64,000 nt of DNA from Podarcis pityusensis. Taxonomy: Eukaryota. The notes beneath the pieces are model-generated. The model did not search any database. It saw only the letters and a program-made list of their open reading frames with translations, and was not told where the DNA came from. A program made the position numbers and the translations under genes. The stretch lies in the NCBI GenBank assembly GCA_964106645.2, contig OZ067038.1; one strand, written 5' to 3'. Shown in pieces: positions 22,238-59,552 of the stretch (positions within the stretch are counted from its first letter, which is position 1; each line of letters starts with the position of its first letter).

Positions 22238-24935
22238 CTGTGAAGGCTGAAGATCCTGTGTGGGCTCCACATCATGGGCCCGCCTCAGCTGGTGGGACAT
22301 TGGGTTACCCTGCCCTACAAAGTATGGGTTGGCTCAAGTCTCCATGTCCTGGACGTCAGTGCCAGAGTGAGGAAGGTGTGAAGACAGCAGTGCCTTCATT
22401 GTGGGCGGAACTCTATCCAGACATGCATCATGCTGGTGGCACGCTAGCTGGGCATGGGCTGGATGTGTGTGTGATTACATATATTTGTCCGTGTCTGCAT
22501 CCGTGTCGTCCATGTTGGAGAACCATTCAAGACTTGCACAGTATGCCACGGAGCGCAGTACAGTGCAGGAGACTGGCATCCATGCTTGCCCTGCCTGAAA
22601 TGTCCTGTTGTAGCAGGAGGAGGACCTGCTGTGTGGATCCCCGTTAAGAGGCAAGAAGAGCTGTAACACTGTCCAGACTACAGCGTGTAATTAAAGATGC
22701 AATCAGGCGATAGATTTGGACTCAGGAAAAGAAGGGCTGCAAGAGATTATTTTTGTAATGGGAATGGGGCACAGGCTTCCTCCAGTGGCAGAGCCTAACT
22801 TGGATAGAAGCTTTTCACACACAAGAAGGGTGCGTATCTTCCTCCCTGCTTTACCACTCACTCACAAACTTTGAGGCCAAGCCAAAAGAGGCACTCTTGC
22901 AGTGCCATCACCACTCATGCCGCAGGATTTTGTCTTCCTGTGGGCACAAATGATTCTACTGTTTGGGGCCACGTTTATTTCGCATCCCTCTTGCAGTATC
23001 AAAGCACAGGCTTCGCAGGGTATTGCTTCACAGCCCGTACCAGGTTTTGCTTGAGGCAATATCTGAAATGACCAAAGTCTCCTTCAAACTTACCAAATGG
23101 CACCCAGCTCCAGACCGATGGCTCCATTCTGAGGATGCCCCTTGCTCTCACCTTGTTCATCCTGCTAGGATTTAGAATCAAGTATGAGGCTCTGCCCCAG
23201 GTGCTGTACTTGTGGGTATGAGGGATGGGTGGAGGAAGGCGATACTTGTCTGCCCCCGCCCCCATTGTTCTATTTAAATATTTCCCAGATTCCCCATACA
23301 CTTCCTGTGGGCACAAATGTTTGGGTTCTTCTCCAAGCTAGTGCTGCCCTCCTTGTGATGTCTCTTTTCTATGGATGCCTTAATGGCAAACATCCAGATC
23401 TTGTGGAAGTGCCAGCAAGAGAAGAGTTCCTATATGCCAAATATATTACCTGTCACAATCTTAAGAACTGGGGTGGGCTTCAGGTTCTTGCTGAAAGGGC
23501 TGAACCTCTCGCCTGGCTAGACAAGGCGTTCTCTTGAACAGTCTACAGAAGTTCTGCTGGTTCTACTGGTTCCCCCACTTTATTACTAAAGAACACCATG
23601 CCATCGGCTCCACTGTCGTCCTCTAATTCTTATGGGCTATGTGGTCTTAGCACAACAGCAAAATACTTTTATGGTTTGCATAGCAAACACCACAAAGAAT
23701 ACTTTCTGGACTGCCCAGTGAAAACATTGCATCCCAAGAGGGTGTGGTACAATCCAGCCAGTCATTGCTTAGGGTAATGCTAGCGCTCTCATCAGAGCTA
23801 CAGGTCCCAATATGTCTTGGTTAACCCTGTGGTTTTGACTCCTTTGTCTTCTCTGTGGGGCCAGTTTTTATTTTTTTACAGTGGCTGCTGCAACCTCCAG
23901 TAGCTGTTTGTCAAAGCTCCTGTTGTACATAGGAAAAGCAGCTTGCCATTACTGTCACAGATAAAATATGCATCCTTCCTCTCTGTGGGCACAGGCTGGG
24001 TTGCATGGAGATCCCTATATGGCCTTGGAACTGACATTGTAGGTCTTGGGAGCCAGGACTCTTGGGATTTCTTTTCTTCTTTGCCCTCTTTCAGAATTGA
24101 AGAGATTATTTGCACTCAGCAATGAATTGATTACAGCTGGTAGTTCACCTGCTCTAGAAAGGAGATTATGCCCAAAAAGGATACTGTACTTCCCCACTCC
24201 CTAACCTAGTTTAACAAAAGGGTGGTCATTGGTGTTGTGGGGTACATGCTAAAAGGGAAGTTGGTGAGCAGCAGCTTCAAGCTGTCAGTAGTTTAGATGT
24301 ATGGCTGGTGCTGGGATTTCCCCCTGTTCTTCAGATTACTGGTGCATTTTAAGGAATTCAAAACAACTGATGGTAAAATATTAATTTGCTGTCTTTCCTG
24401 CAAAATACACATCCCCTGGAGTATATAAAGAATAGCTTCATAGACTGCAACTTTGATCAGTGCTGGTTATGTACTGTTGGGATGGGGAACCTGTAGTTTG
24501 TGAAACTTTACTATATTACAACTCCTATCATCCCTGTCCATTGAGCATGGTGGCTGGAGCTGATGGGATTTGGAGTCCAACAGCATCTGGAAAACTACAG
24601 GGCCACAGTCCCTGCACTACAGCGATCAGCTGCAGAGCAGCCCCATTGGCAGAGATGAGCCTGCTGCATCTTAGTGGAAATGTTACTGTACCCCTGGTCT
24701 AGCAGTGAATAAAGGGAGCGTTCTCAGCTAAAACATGGGGTGGGTGGGAATTCTAGCTGTCATGTATTATGCTTGTCTTGATTTTGCCCCCATCTTTTTG
24801 TGCATGGTACAGCCACCTGTGGCCTCCTGTTTCGTTTGTGACACTAGAGGCTGGCCTGTGAGTTATGTGGAGCACTGCAAGTGATTTGTAAAACAGAGCT
24901 TATGTCTGACATCCTGTACAGTACTGTATCTACTG

Positions 24936-24941
24936 AATAAA
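24936..24941 (+). terminator. Probable ATG9A poly(A) signal (second AATAAA at 24708)
   Basis: AATAAA followed by GT/T-rich sequence, ~2.7 kb after the stop and upstream of the ABCB6 CpG island. Confidence 0.6.
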
Positions 24942-25141
24942 GAGGGGTGTTCCATTCTTTGACTGCTGTGGCCGTGCCTGTGGAATTGTCTTTCATTGTG
25001 TCTGGTAGGATAACAGCCTGCTACCTACAAGATGAATCCAGGTGGATCACAGGGTAGTTGGCCATCATCACAATGCTTGTGGCACTAATGAGGTAGTTAC
25101 TATCTACTGGATTTTTGTACATATCAATACATGCACTGCTA

Positions 25142-25270
25142 CAGTGCTATTTTTCAAAAGAAATAATGTAACTCATCATGAACACTCGTGTTCTCTTAGA
25201 ATGGCAATGGCGCCCACCTGAGAGGTGCCAGAACTGCGTTCCAACAAGTTCCCTCAGAAAAAAAGCCCTA
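25142..25270. mobile_element. hAT-like MITE (degraded)
   Basis: CAGTGCTATTTTTC ... GAAAAAAAGCCCTA; imperfect 8-bp flanks. Confidence 0.5.
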
Positions 25271-26599
25271 GACTTCTATAATATCCAAAGAGGCACATCT
25301 TTTCTGGCCCCACTGAATGCTGAGAAATGAGTGTGTCACGTCTAGGAACAAAAATATATTTAGCATTTACCATGTGCTTAGAAGCTGTTGTTATTTTTTT
25401 TATAGGGAACATAGCTCCAGTTTGGGTACATTTAAAGGTGCGTGCTAAATACATTCTGGTACTTTTGGGTTTATAATTCTATAGCCAAATACTGCTAAGA
25501 ACTCATATGTAGCAATACTGATTTTGTGTGTGAATGCAATTTTAAAATCTATTTCAATTTTTTTTTAAAAAAGTCAGGACGTGAGGACAGGGAGGATCAG
25601 AGGGCATCTATGCTAAATGTTTAAGAATTGTGGCCATGACCTGTGGCGATGCTCTTGACCTAGACAACTTTCCTTATCTCCATCCTTAATCTGAAGGCTT
25701 AGACTGTCTTTTCTGAGGCAAGCCACAAGAAGGCCTGCCAATATAAGGAAAGAGCTATGTGTGGGAGTACATATACTTTGTGTCATTATTAAGATTTAAA
25801 GCTCTGACTTCTGGTTCTGGGATGCTCCTTTTTGTTGATAATCTTAATGAAACTGTCTTTATTTATAGTTTTAATATTTATTGTAAATTGCCGAGTTTTC
25901 ACTCCAAGCAGTATATAAACTTTGTTAAATAAAAAGCCCATAATATCTGCATACAATGGAACTGTAAGACAAGCTGATTTTAATACATAACTAGCAAATT
26001 AAAACAAAACAAACTAGTCATTTTTACTGCTTAAAAATAGTCCTAGGAAATCCTTGTATCAGGGTTGCATCAGGATCTAAAAAGAGGTATAACCCAATAC
26101 TATGAATATCTATTCAAATTTAAATAATAATAATAATAATTTAACTAATTATTTCAGTGAAAGTTACTTCAGTGAAAGTTTGCTTATTTATTTATTACAA
26201 CATTTATATCCTACTGTATACTGGTGCCAGGGCACTACTCTGCAGCTGACAGCTTAAAATTGCTGGTTTCATAAAACTCAGGTAGTTAACTTGTCCAAGA
26301 TGAAATTCATAATGATGGATACATACTGGGTAGTGACAGCGGCAAAAGGCACTCCTAAGGCTCTCACGTGCACTCTGTTCCTTTCACGTCTTAGATATTT
26401 CAGAGCAGAGACTTTATGAGCCTTGGCTCAATTAAGGTTTGAATGGAACGCGACAGTTATAGTCACAGCGGTGCCCCCGTCCTTCTCTAAGAAGCTCTGT
26501 CTGATATCCTCATAACAACCTTGTGAGGCAGAGAAAAAGTGATAGACTCAAGTTCGCACACTTTCCCCCGAGGCTGCTTTTTTTTTTTTGCCGCCGCCG

Positions 26600-27520
26600 C
26601 ACCTTTCACAGCAGCGTTAGCAAACTGAACCCGGATTCAAAGCCACACTCGGACGCACGCTCGTTTGCGATGTGTACACACAGGTTTAGGATTGCGCTGA
26701 CTCATTCCAGTTCGGTATCCTTGTTTTAGACTGCGGAGGTACAAATGCGGAGGAGCGGGATCGGGGTGAAACGCTGGCCCATGATAAATTTGAGGGCAGC
26801 ACCTGCCCTCGATCGTCCCACCTTCGCAACCCGCGTCGTGCGCTCTTGCTCGGCGGGAAATAAATAAGAGCAACGGCCCGGAGCTTGAGCGCTTGTGTTG
26901 GAACGCGCGGGCGCTAGGACCCAGACGGAACCTGCCTAACAGTGTGGGGGAAAGGCGGCGCTAGGACCCCGGGTGCGCCGATCGGGCCTGCCGCGGCTCC
27001 CGAAGCTCGGCTGCGGACGCGCCGCTGCACATTGGCCGAGCCAACCGGGCGGTGGGGAGAGTGGGTGGGCTGGACTGGACTGACGAGACCCGAGCAGGCA
27101 AGTAGACGTTGGTGGGAGAAGGGGGCAGGCGGGTGGGACAGAGGGGAAGCGGGCGGCGGCGGCGGCGGCAGCCCCTTTGCTGCGTTCTCGCCGGCTGGCA
27201 GCACAGAGAGGCGGCAGGGGGCGGGGGTAACACAGCCCCATGGCTTGATCTCCACCACCTCCTCCTCTTCCTTCTATGCCCGAGCCCACTGCCAAGCAGC
27301 CAGGCCTGTTGCCCAAAGTGTGTGGGGTAACAGGCGTAGGCAGCGAGGGTGGGTGCTCAGCACCGTCGTCTCCTCGCTGTGCTCCCCGGGGTGCCCTTGA
27401 ATCAGGAAGCTGGCGGCTTCTGCCTGGGAAAGTTCACCGCTTGGAAAGTGGGAACACACAGCAGCTGGACCCGGGGAGGGCAGGAATCCAAAGCGCCACT
27501 CGAGGGCGCGGAGTGTAGTC
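26600..27520 (+). promoter_or_regulatory. ABCB6 CpG-island promoter
   Basis: CpG-dense; inverted CCAAT at 27031, GC boxes, AP-1/ARE-like GCTGACTCAT at 26696; candidate non-coding exon ending at 27097. Confidence 0.75.
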
Positions 27521-28857
27521 ATAACAACACGGTGATGATGTGCTATTTTGATATCGTGCATCAGAAAGAACGAATTAAAACCCACGGAGAGGTGTGGAGG
27601 AAGGCACCAGAAATATCCGCTGAGGATATTCATGGAGGAAAAGGCTATATCAGTGGCCCTTAAAAAAAGAAGACAAGTTTCTAGCATTTGGGAAAGTAGC
27701 TCGGGGTTTATTTGTGTAGTAAAAGCTGTGGGGCAGAGAGAAGATAGCTGAGCAAAAACTTCAGTGCATTGCATCCATTCTAGTAGCACCAGCACTGTAA
27801 ATTATGCCAGCCAGCAAATCGTTGCAAATATGTTTAATTTGTTTATTTTATCGAAGTCTCAGCTACCAAATCATATGGCTTGGGTTCGGAGGAGGTTAAA
27901 CATTAATGGAACTCAAACCCAGGAGAAAGCAGTAAGGTGCAAAAGGTTATGGAGAGTGGCAACAAGGAGTCACACAGTGCACGTGTTCTCAGAAGTAAGC
28001 CCCACTGGGCTCAATGGGGTTAATTCCCCGGTTAATGTGCATACTTGCTACCATAGTTGACCTGTGAAACTCAATGATCTCGGATCAAGCTATTGTACGC
28101 ACACAGCAGGCTTAGAGGTTCTGTTCTGTTTTCAAAGGATCAATTTCATTAGAAGAGTCTATCAACATCTACGAAACTGCCATCCTAGAATAGACTTGTG
28201 AGGGGCCAAATGTCTCTGTGGCAACCCACAGCACTAGTGCCACACGTGACCCTGCCCCCCAGTTTCATGTGGGTGACAAGGGGGAGGGGGCATTGGGATT
28301 GCAGGAGAGGGAAATGGGATGAGCCCACCTACCTATGACCCCACCTACTGCCTCAAATAGATCCCTCTTCCCCCAAAGCAGCCCTTGACATATGCCCTTG
28401 ATATATGTAAACCCTTCCCATAAACGAAGGCTATCTACTTGCCAGCCAATGGCAGATTATCCCAAATATTCCAGAGCACTGTGCCATAAGCACAGGAATA
28501 TCTGCACCACAGAAAGTGTCTGCACAAAAATTGCTGCAGAAGACTTAGGAAAGCAAGCCATATTAGAAGGAAAAGAGGAGTGGGGGGCAACCTTCCCCAT
28601 GGCTACCGGAAAATCTAAAATTGTGAAAAAAATCCTACCTGACCTAAACGTGAGTAAACAGATAGGCCCTAAATATGAGCAAAATCTATCCACTATTCTG
28701 AAAAGAAAACTGTTACCAAGATTCAGCTCCTCCCCACGCAGCTGTCACTCTGATTTTAAGTGTGACAGTTCTTGATGCCTTGTGCTAAGCAATTCCTTAA
28801 ACTAGGAGGTGGGGTGAAAACAAGGTGAGACCTCTGCCCCAGATACTGTGTGGTTTC

Positions 28858-29422
28858 TAATAATAATAATAATAAATTTTTATTTATACCCTGGTTCAAA
28901 AACTGGGCTCAGGGTGGCTAACAACAAATTTAAAAACACTTTAAAACACTTAATTATAAAAGCAGCATAAAATACAGTATAAAAACATGAATAACAATAA
29001 AATTCAAAAATAAAAAATCAATTAGATAATCCCCAGGGCTAGCTGGCTGAATTGGTCCTACTTGGGCCAGTGAGGAGGCCAGGGTTGAATTAGCTGTGGG
29101 GTCTCAGAGCGGGTGATCTTCATTAAAGGGGAGGGGGAGGGAAGAAAAGGGAAATAAAAGATCAGGCTGAATTCAAATTAAAGGCCAGGTGGAATAGGTC
29201 TGTCTTACAGGCCCGACGGAAGGAGGTTAAATCCTGAAGGGCCCTAGTCTCATGGGACAGAGCATTCCACCAGGTCGGAGCCATCACTGAAAAGGCCCTG
29301 GCCCTGGTGGAGGATAGTCTGACTTTGTTAGGGCCCGGGACCTCTAAACTATGGTTATTCATGGACTTTAAGGTCCTCTGCGGGGCATACCAGGAGAGGC
29401 GGTCCCGTAGATACAAGGGCCC
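28858..29422 (-). mobile_element. L2 LINE 3' end with residual ORF2 C-terminus
   Basis: ORF 29162-29416 YLRDRL...RAFSVMAPTWWNAL...FRRACKTDLF; (TTA)n tail. Confidence 0.8.
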
Positions 29423-29683
29423 TAAGCCACAAAGGGCTTTTGCATTTCCCTATGAAGTGTCTCACCCTGCCTCTTTTGATGGGGTGCATATTGAGCAAGA
29501 AGGATTAAAAAAATTGTCCAAGATGGGTGACTGCTTTCATGCCTGCATAGTGTGTGTGGGTGTGTAGCATCATGTGGCATGTTTACTTCCGCACTTGAAT
29601 TTAAGCCTGTGAGAACATCATATGCCTGTGGGTTTGCATATATTATATATAACATATTTGCAGACAGCGTTGAAATATAAAGC

Positions 29684-29892
29684 CAGTGTGGCAAAGCAGT
29701 GTGTTGGACTGAGACCTGTGAGACCATGGTTTGAATCCCCACTTAGCCATGAAGCTCACTGGGGGACCTTAGACCAGTCACTCATTCTTAGCCTAACCTA
29801 TCTCACAGGCTTGTTGTGGAGGAGGAGGAGAATTATGTATGCCACCTTGAGCTCCTTGAAGGAAAGGTGGGATATAAATAAATAAATAAATA
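29684..29892 (+). mobile_element. tRNA-derived squamate SINE
   Basis: tRNA-like head with B box GGTTTGAATCC, (TAAA)n tail; related copy on - strand ~63800-63990. Confidence 0.7.
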
Positions 29893-29962
29893 GTAGCCCA
29901 AGCATATGTTCTAATTTCCTTGTTTCTTTCATCTGTGTTTCTGCAGCTCCCCAGCCGACAGG

Positions 29963-55167
<25,205 letters not shown>

Positions 55168-56540
55168 CCAAGCAACGAGAACTACTGAGCAGCTGACAGT
55201 GACAACAGCAAATCCTGCAAGGATGTGGCTTCGAAGCCAAAAAGGCAGCAGCTGCCACCTCTGCTGTTAGATTTCTGAACCTCCTCTGTATGGCATAAAG
55301 GGGGAAATGCTCAGGCACCCAAAGCACACAGATGATCCACCAAGTTAGCAGTGAGGCCATGGAGACCAAACTGGAGGAAGACTACAGGCTGCGTATGGTT
55401 CCCAGCATGCAGTTCTTCATGAGCAGGACCTGCACGTAGTGCTAGAGCAACTTCAGAGTATATTCTCCAAGCTACTGCCAGCGTTCCTGGGAAAGCTGTT
55501 GCTTGGTGATCCAGGTGTATTATCAGGGAATTGCGAAAGGGGTGGGGGGTGGGGGGAGGCAGGGACCAGGGCTGCCTTGCCCCACTGTTCTCAACAAAAT
55601 GTCTTCCCTTGCAAAGATGAATGGAGTGTGGAGGTGGGGGGCATGCGTGAACATTTGCCAGCACTTTGTATACAACCACAGAGGGAGATGCCTGCAGAAT
55701 GGCTGTGTGTGTGTTTTTGTAAGTTCTGATTTTGAGGTGTCCCGTTTTAATTTTCATAAACTCGAAAAAGTGTTTTCAGATCCCTGGATCCCGTTTCTAG
55801 TTTTGCCTGCGGGGGAGAAGGATTCGAAAAGGGTTAGGGTAATGAACCCCATGCCCCCCCTCCAGATGTTGGCAGACTACAACTCCCATCATCCTTATTG
55901 AGCCATGCTGGGAGCTTGGAGTCATGCTGACAACAACAGGATCCCTATCTCAAAGGAGTTTTGGCTGGCAGGCAGATGGGATGGAGACCCTTCTCACTTC
56001 TGCACAACGGAGAGCACAGAGAGAAAGTGCTTCTCAAATGGGTCTGGTTTACTTGGATCCCTTGACTACAGGGACATGGAAAAACAAGAGGGGACCTGGA
56101 GTCACGGAGACAGGGTAGAAAGGAGGAGCAGGGCACAGAAAAACAATAAGAAACGCCTCTCTATCTCCTACCCAGCCCAGGTAGCTGCTTTTCTGTTTGG
56201 TGGCTCTATGGAGGCCGCTTTCAGAAGGACCTAAAGGGTTCCTACTGTAAAGCTATTCAGCTCCAGGCAGTCTTGGGCTGCGTGGGCAAGCGATGGTGGC
56301 CCTGGCCAAGACTCTGGGAATTCTGCCCCTAGATCTTTAGACAGAACTATCCATGGACCTAGCGCTGGAGAGAGTAACAGACACAGAGGGGGAAAGGAGC
56401 CAATCCCTAGTTCTGATCAGTTTCAGCTTTATCTTTGCAGCGTCAGACATGAGTTTGTTGCCTTACTGCTTCTAACTCCAAGAAGGCACCACAACAAGTT
56501 AAAACAGCAACTGAAGGAGGAAGCCAAGAACAGTGGCCCT

Positions 56541-56546
56541 TTTATT
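56541..56546 (-). terminator. Probable poly(A) signal of the - strand C13-like gene
   Basis: TTTATT on + strand (AATAAA on -), ~560 nt past that gene's stop. Confidence 0.65.
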
Positions 56547-56872
56547 CAAGGGGCTGGTTGTTTTACAGCACATTCCCCATTCCCACAATCTTTCTCAGCA
56601 AAGGGTGCTTTAGGGTTTACATACAAGAGTTCTTCAACTTCAGCTCCCAAGTGAAAAAGGGGGCGGGGGAGGAAACTGCCATATTTGGGGGGGGGGGTGT
56701 TTGTGCAGCACAGTGTCTGCATTAGGGCAGCTGCTGTTCCCCACTTGCTCTTCCCATACTTCCGTGGTGCTCTGACTTGCTAGTCTAGCAATGATTGTCA
56801 CCCTACTGCTTCCGTCCGCATGCTTGGCCATATCTGAAGATGCCAGAGTAGGCTTGGCTATATATATATATT

Positions 56873-56906
<34 letters not shown>

Positions 56907-57107
56907 TGTGTGTGTGTGTACCTGGCTTCTTTTAGCTCTGGCTGCCGGAAGCGGCTTTTGAGGGTCCTGTGTGGCAGTTTGCACAGCAACAATCCTGTCC
57001 GTTAGCTATCGCTAACGCCACCCATGTCCTCCGAAGCCAAGAAGAACCTCATGGGGGTGGGGGAAGGGTCAGTTGAGGAAAGTCCCAAGGTAGCACCCCG
57101 CTGAGGC

Positions 57108-57305
57108 TCAGTCGTCGTCCTGTTGCAGCTGCTGGTGCCTGCTCTGGTACCACAACATGGTGGGAAGGTTCTGGCAGCCTTGGTAGCGGCGCTGGCGCTC
57201 CTCTTCCCCCAGGGGTGGCACAGAGTGGCAGGGCGCCCCTGCTAATGAGACGTTGAGCAGCTGGGCTGGGGTACCTGAGCCAAAGACTGCAGACCATGGA
57301 CCCAC
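57108..57305 (-). CDS. C13-like gene last coding exon
   Basis: ggcag|GTG...TGA; NVSLAGAPC...YQGCQNLPTMLWY...DDD*. Confidence 0.82.
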   Translation of the reverse strand: MGPWSAVFGSGTPAQLLNVSLAGAPCHSVPPLGEEERQRRYQGCQNLPTMLWYQSRHQQLQQDDD

Positions 57306-59515
57306 CTGCCAGGAACGAGAGAGATTGCTTCACTTAAGGTTGCCCTGGGCCACGACTCAATCCATCGTCAGCATCAATGCTTATATAGCACTTCCAACGC
57401 ATCAGTGTTTCAGGTACATTATCTCAGTATCTTATACAATTGGCCTGTAAGGATGGCCAGTAAAGCAAACTGAATTAAGCCTGCCTGGCTGGCTTCCACA
57501 AGCTCTAAAAAATTGTAAGTTTCAGTGACTTCCTTTAGTTTGTTGCATCCATGAATGTACCTTGAATATACACACCTTTTTTCCTTTTAATGGCAATGGT
57601 CTGTTTTTGAGCAGTAAAACTAATTGGGATGTAACAAAACACATGGTTTTCTTTCCAAAGGTGCCATATTGCACATCAAAAGACTCCTTTAGTGCAAGCT
57701 ACCTTCCACAAACTTCAGATGTCATTCTCTAATTGTCATCACAGATGGCCTGTGTGTCAGTCACATGAGCAAAGGTTGGCTCTGGCCATTTGCCAAGTTC
57801 TAGTTTCCAGCATTGCTGCCTCTACACCTAAGCATTTATTTCTCAGTCTGCCATGCTGCCCAGCTGATTCCCAACTCTTTCCCTACACACAGAGGAGAAA
57901 CCAAACTGGTTGCAAGATGGTGCATAAGATGACTTGGCCTTACCAGGAGCTGTGATCTGCCCTGAACTTGCTGCACAGCTCAGGCCAGTTTTCATCTATG
58001 TTAATTGGCTAAGCACCAATGTCCCTACTCCCCGCTCCCCTCCCCTGGAACTGGGAGTAGAAACCCAGGGAGTGTTGCCACCCAGTTAGTGATTCTGCCA
58101 CTAGAAGTAGCCACTTTGAACTGGAGAGACACCTGTTGCTAATGCCACCTGCCAAAAAGCAATTTGAGGACAGGGGCTTCCTAGTCACTATTTTGAGCCT
58201 CCTGGTATTTATGTCCAGAACAAACAAATGCATCCTTGCCATCTCTTGAGGGACCATAAATTGGTGGCAGAGCATATGCATGCAGAAGGTACGAGGTTCG
58301 AAACCCAGTGTCCCCAGTTAAAAGGACCTGACAGCAGGCAACATGAAACCTGAGAGCCACTGCCAGAGTAGACAACATTGGACAATTAGCCTGACTCCTT
58401 ATGTTCCTATGCTCTGCAAACACCACACCTTGGACTCCGAACAATCACTGCCCACCTTCCTTCCATGGCACTTACCGGCAACAAATGCTGGAGGAGGCAC
58501 TGGTCAGGCTGCAGTCCGGCCCAGAACTCGGCAAAAGCCGACCCACCGCTGGCGGTAGTGGTGGCAGTGGCGGTGGTGGTGCTACGTATGAGCACCACGT
58601 TGGGATGGCGCCGTGATGCCCGCAGCTTTTTTGTCAGTGGCCCCGGATAGCTCTGGTCAAGGAAGAGGAGAACCCGGCGAGCGTTGCAGCTCTCCAAGTC
58701 TGCTAGCAGCTCCGAGATGGGGTACCGCTCCTTAGGATCTGCCTGTTGCAGGGAAGGGACAGCTCATCAGCACCTGCCCCTTGGTCACAGACACACACGC
58801 ACACCCCTCCCCGCTCCACAGTCAGGAGATCAAGGGGATTCCACTGCCTGGGAGTTAAAAGGAGCGGATTAAATGGGAAAGAGCAAGACAGGGCGAGCAC
58901 CCACTGCAAAGGCCAGTGTTGTTTTCTCCCTGCAGGCACACATGAAAGAGCTGGACGGCCCTTTGAAGGGAACAGAGGAGAGGAGAGGGCTGCAGCCTCC
59001 ACCTGCAGTTCTGTCAGCATCTCTCCTTCCTCCAGTCGGGCTTCCCAGGACATGCTGGGACAGGTGGGATGACCTCCTCCTCCTCCACCACCCCACTGCC
59101 AAAAGTGGCTCACTTCACTTTCCATTTCCAGCCTAGGAAACCCCAAAGGAAACCTGGCAAATGGCCAAATGCAGGCCTTTGAGAAGGGCTGGTGCCGCTT
59201 TGTATGTGTGCACCAGCATCTTAGGCAGCCGCTCTGCATTTTCCTGCCCCAGATGGGTTTACTTGGCACCCCAACTTCACTGCTCCCTGCAAGCAATTGA
59301 TATTGGCTTACCCCCATGTGATAAATGCATGAGTGAAAGTCTCCTTTATATCGTTAGCGTCCCCATTCCCTGCTTGGCTAGGCAGGTGACATTAGCATCA
59401 ATAGCCAAGGTCCTTTTTTGGATGTATCATGATGAAGTAGGAGTCATTCATTTAACAAGATGCATATACCACTTGACTGTTGTAAAACCTCCAAGCAGTT
59501 TTACTTGTAAGTTAA

Positions 59516-59552
<37 letters not shown>

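Noticed and set aside
22240-22647. 135-aa ORF immediately after the ATG9A stop
   Set aside because: Lies in the 3'UTR, starts at GTG, has no homology cues, and an in-frame stop separates it from simple read-through
26914-27795. Cluster of 100-170 aa ORFs on both strands
   Set aside because: ABCB6 CpG-island artefacts with no recognisable protein features
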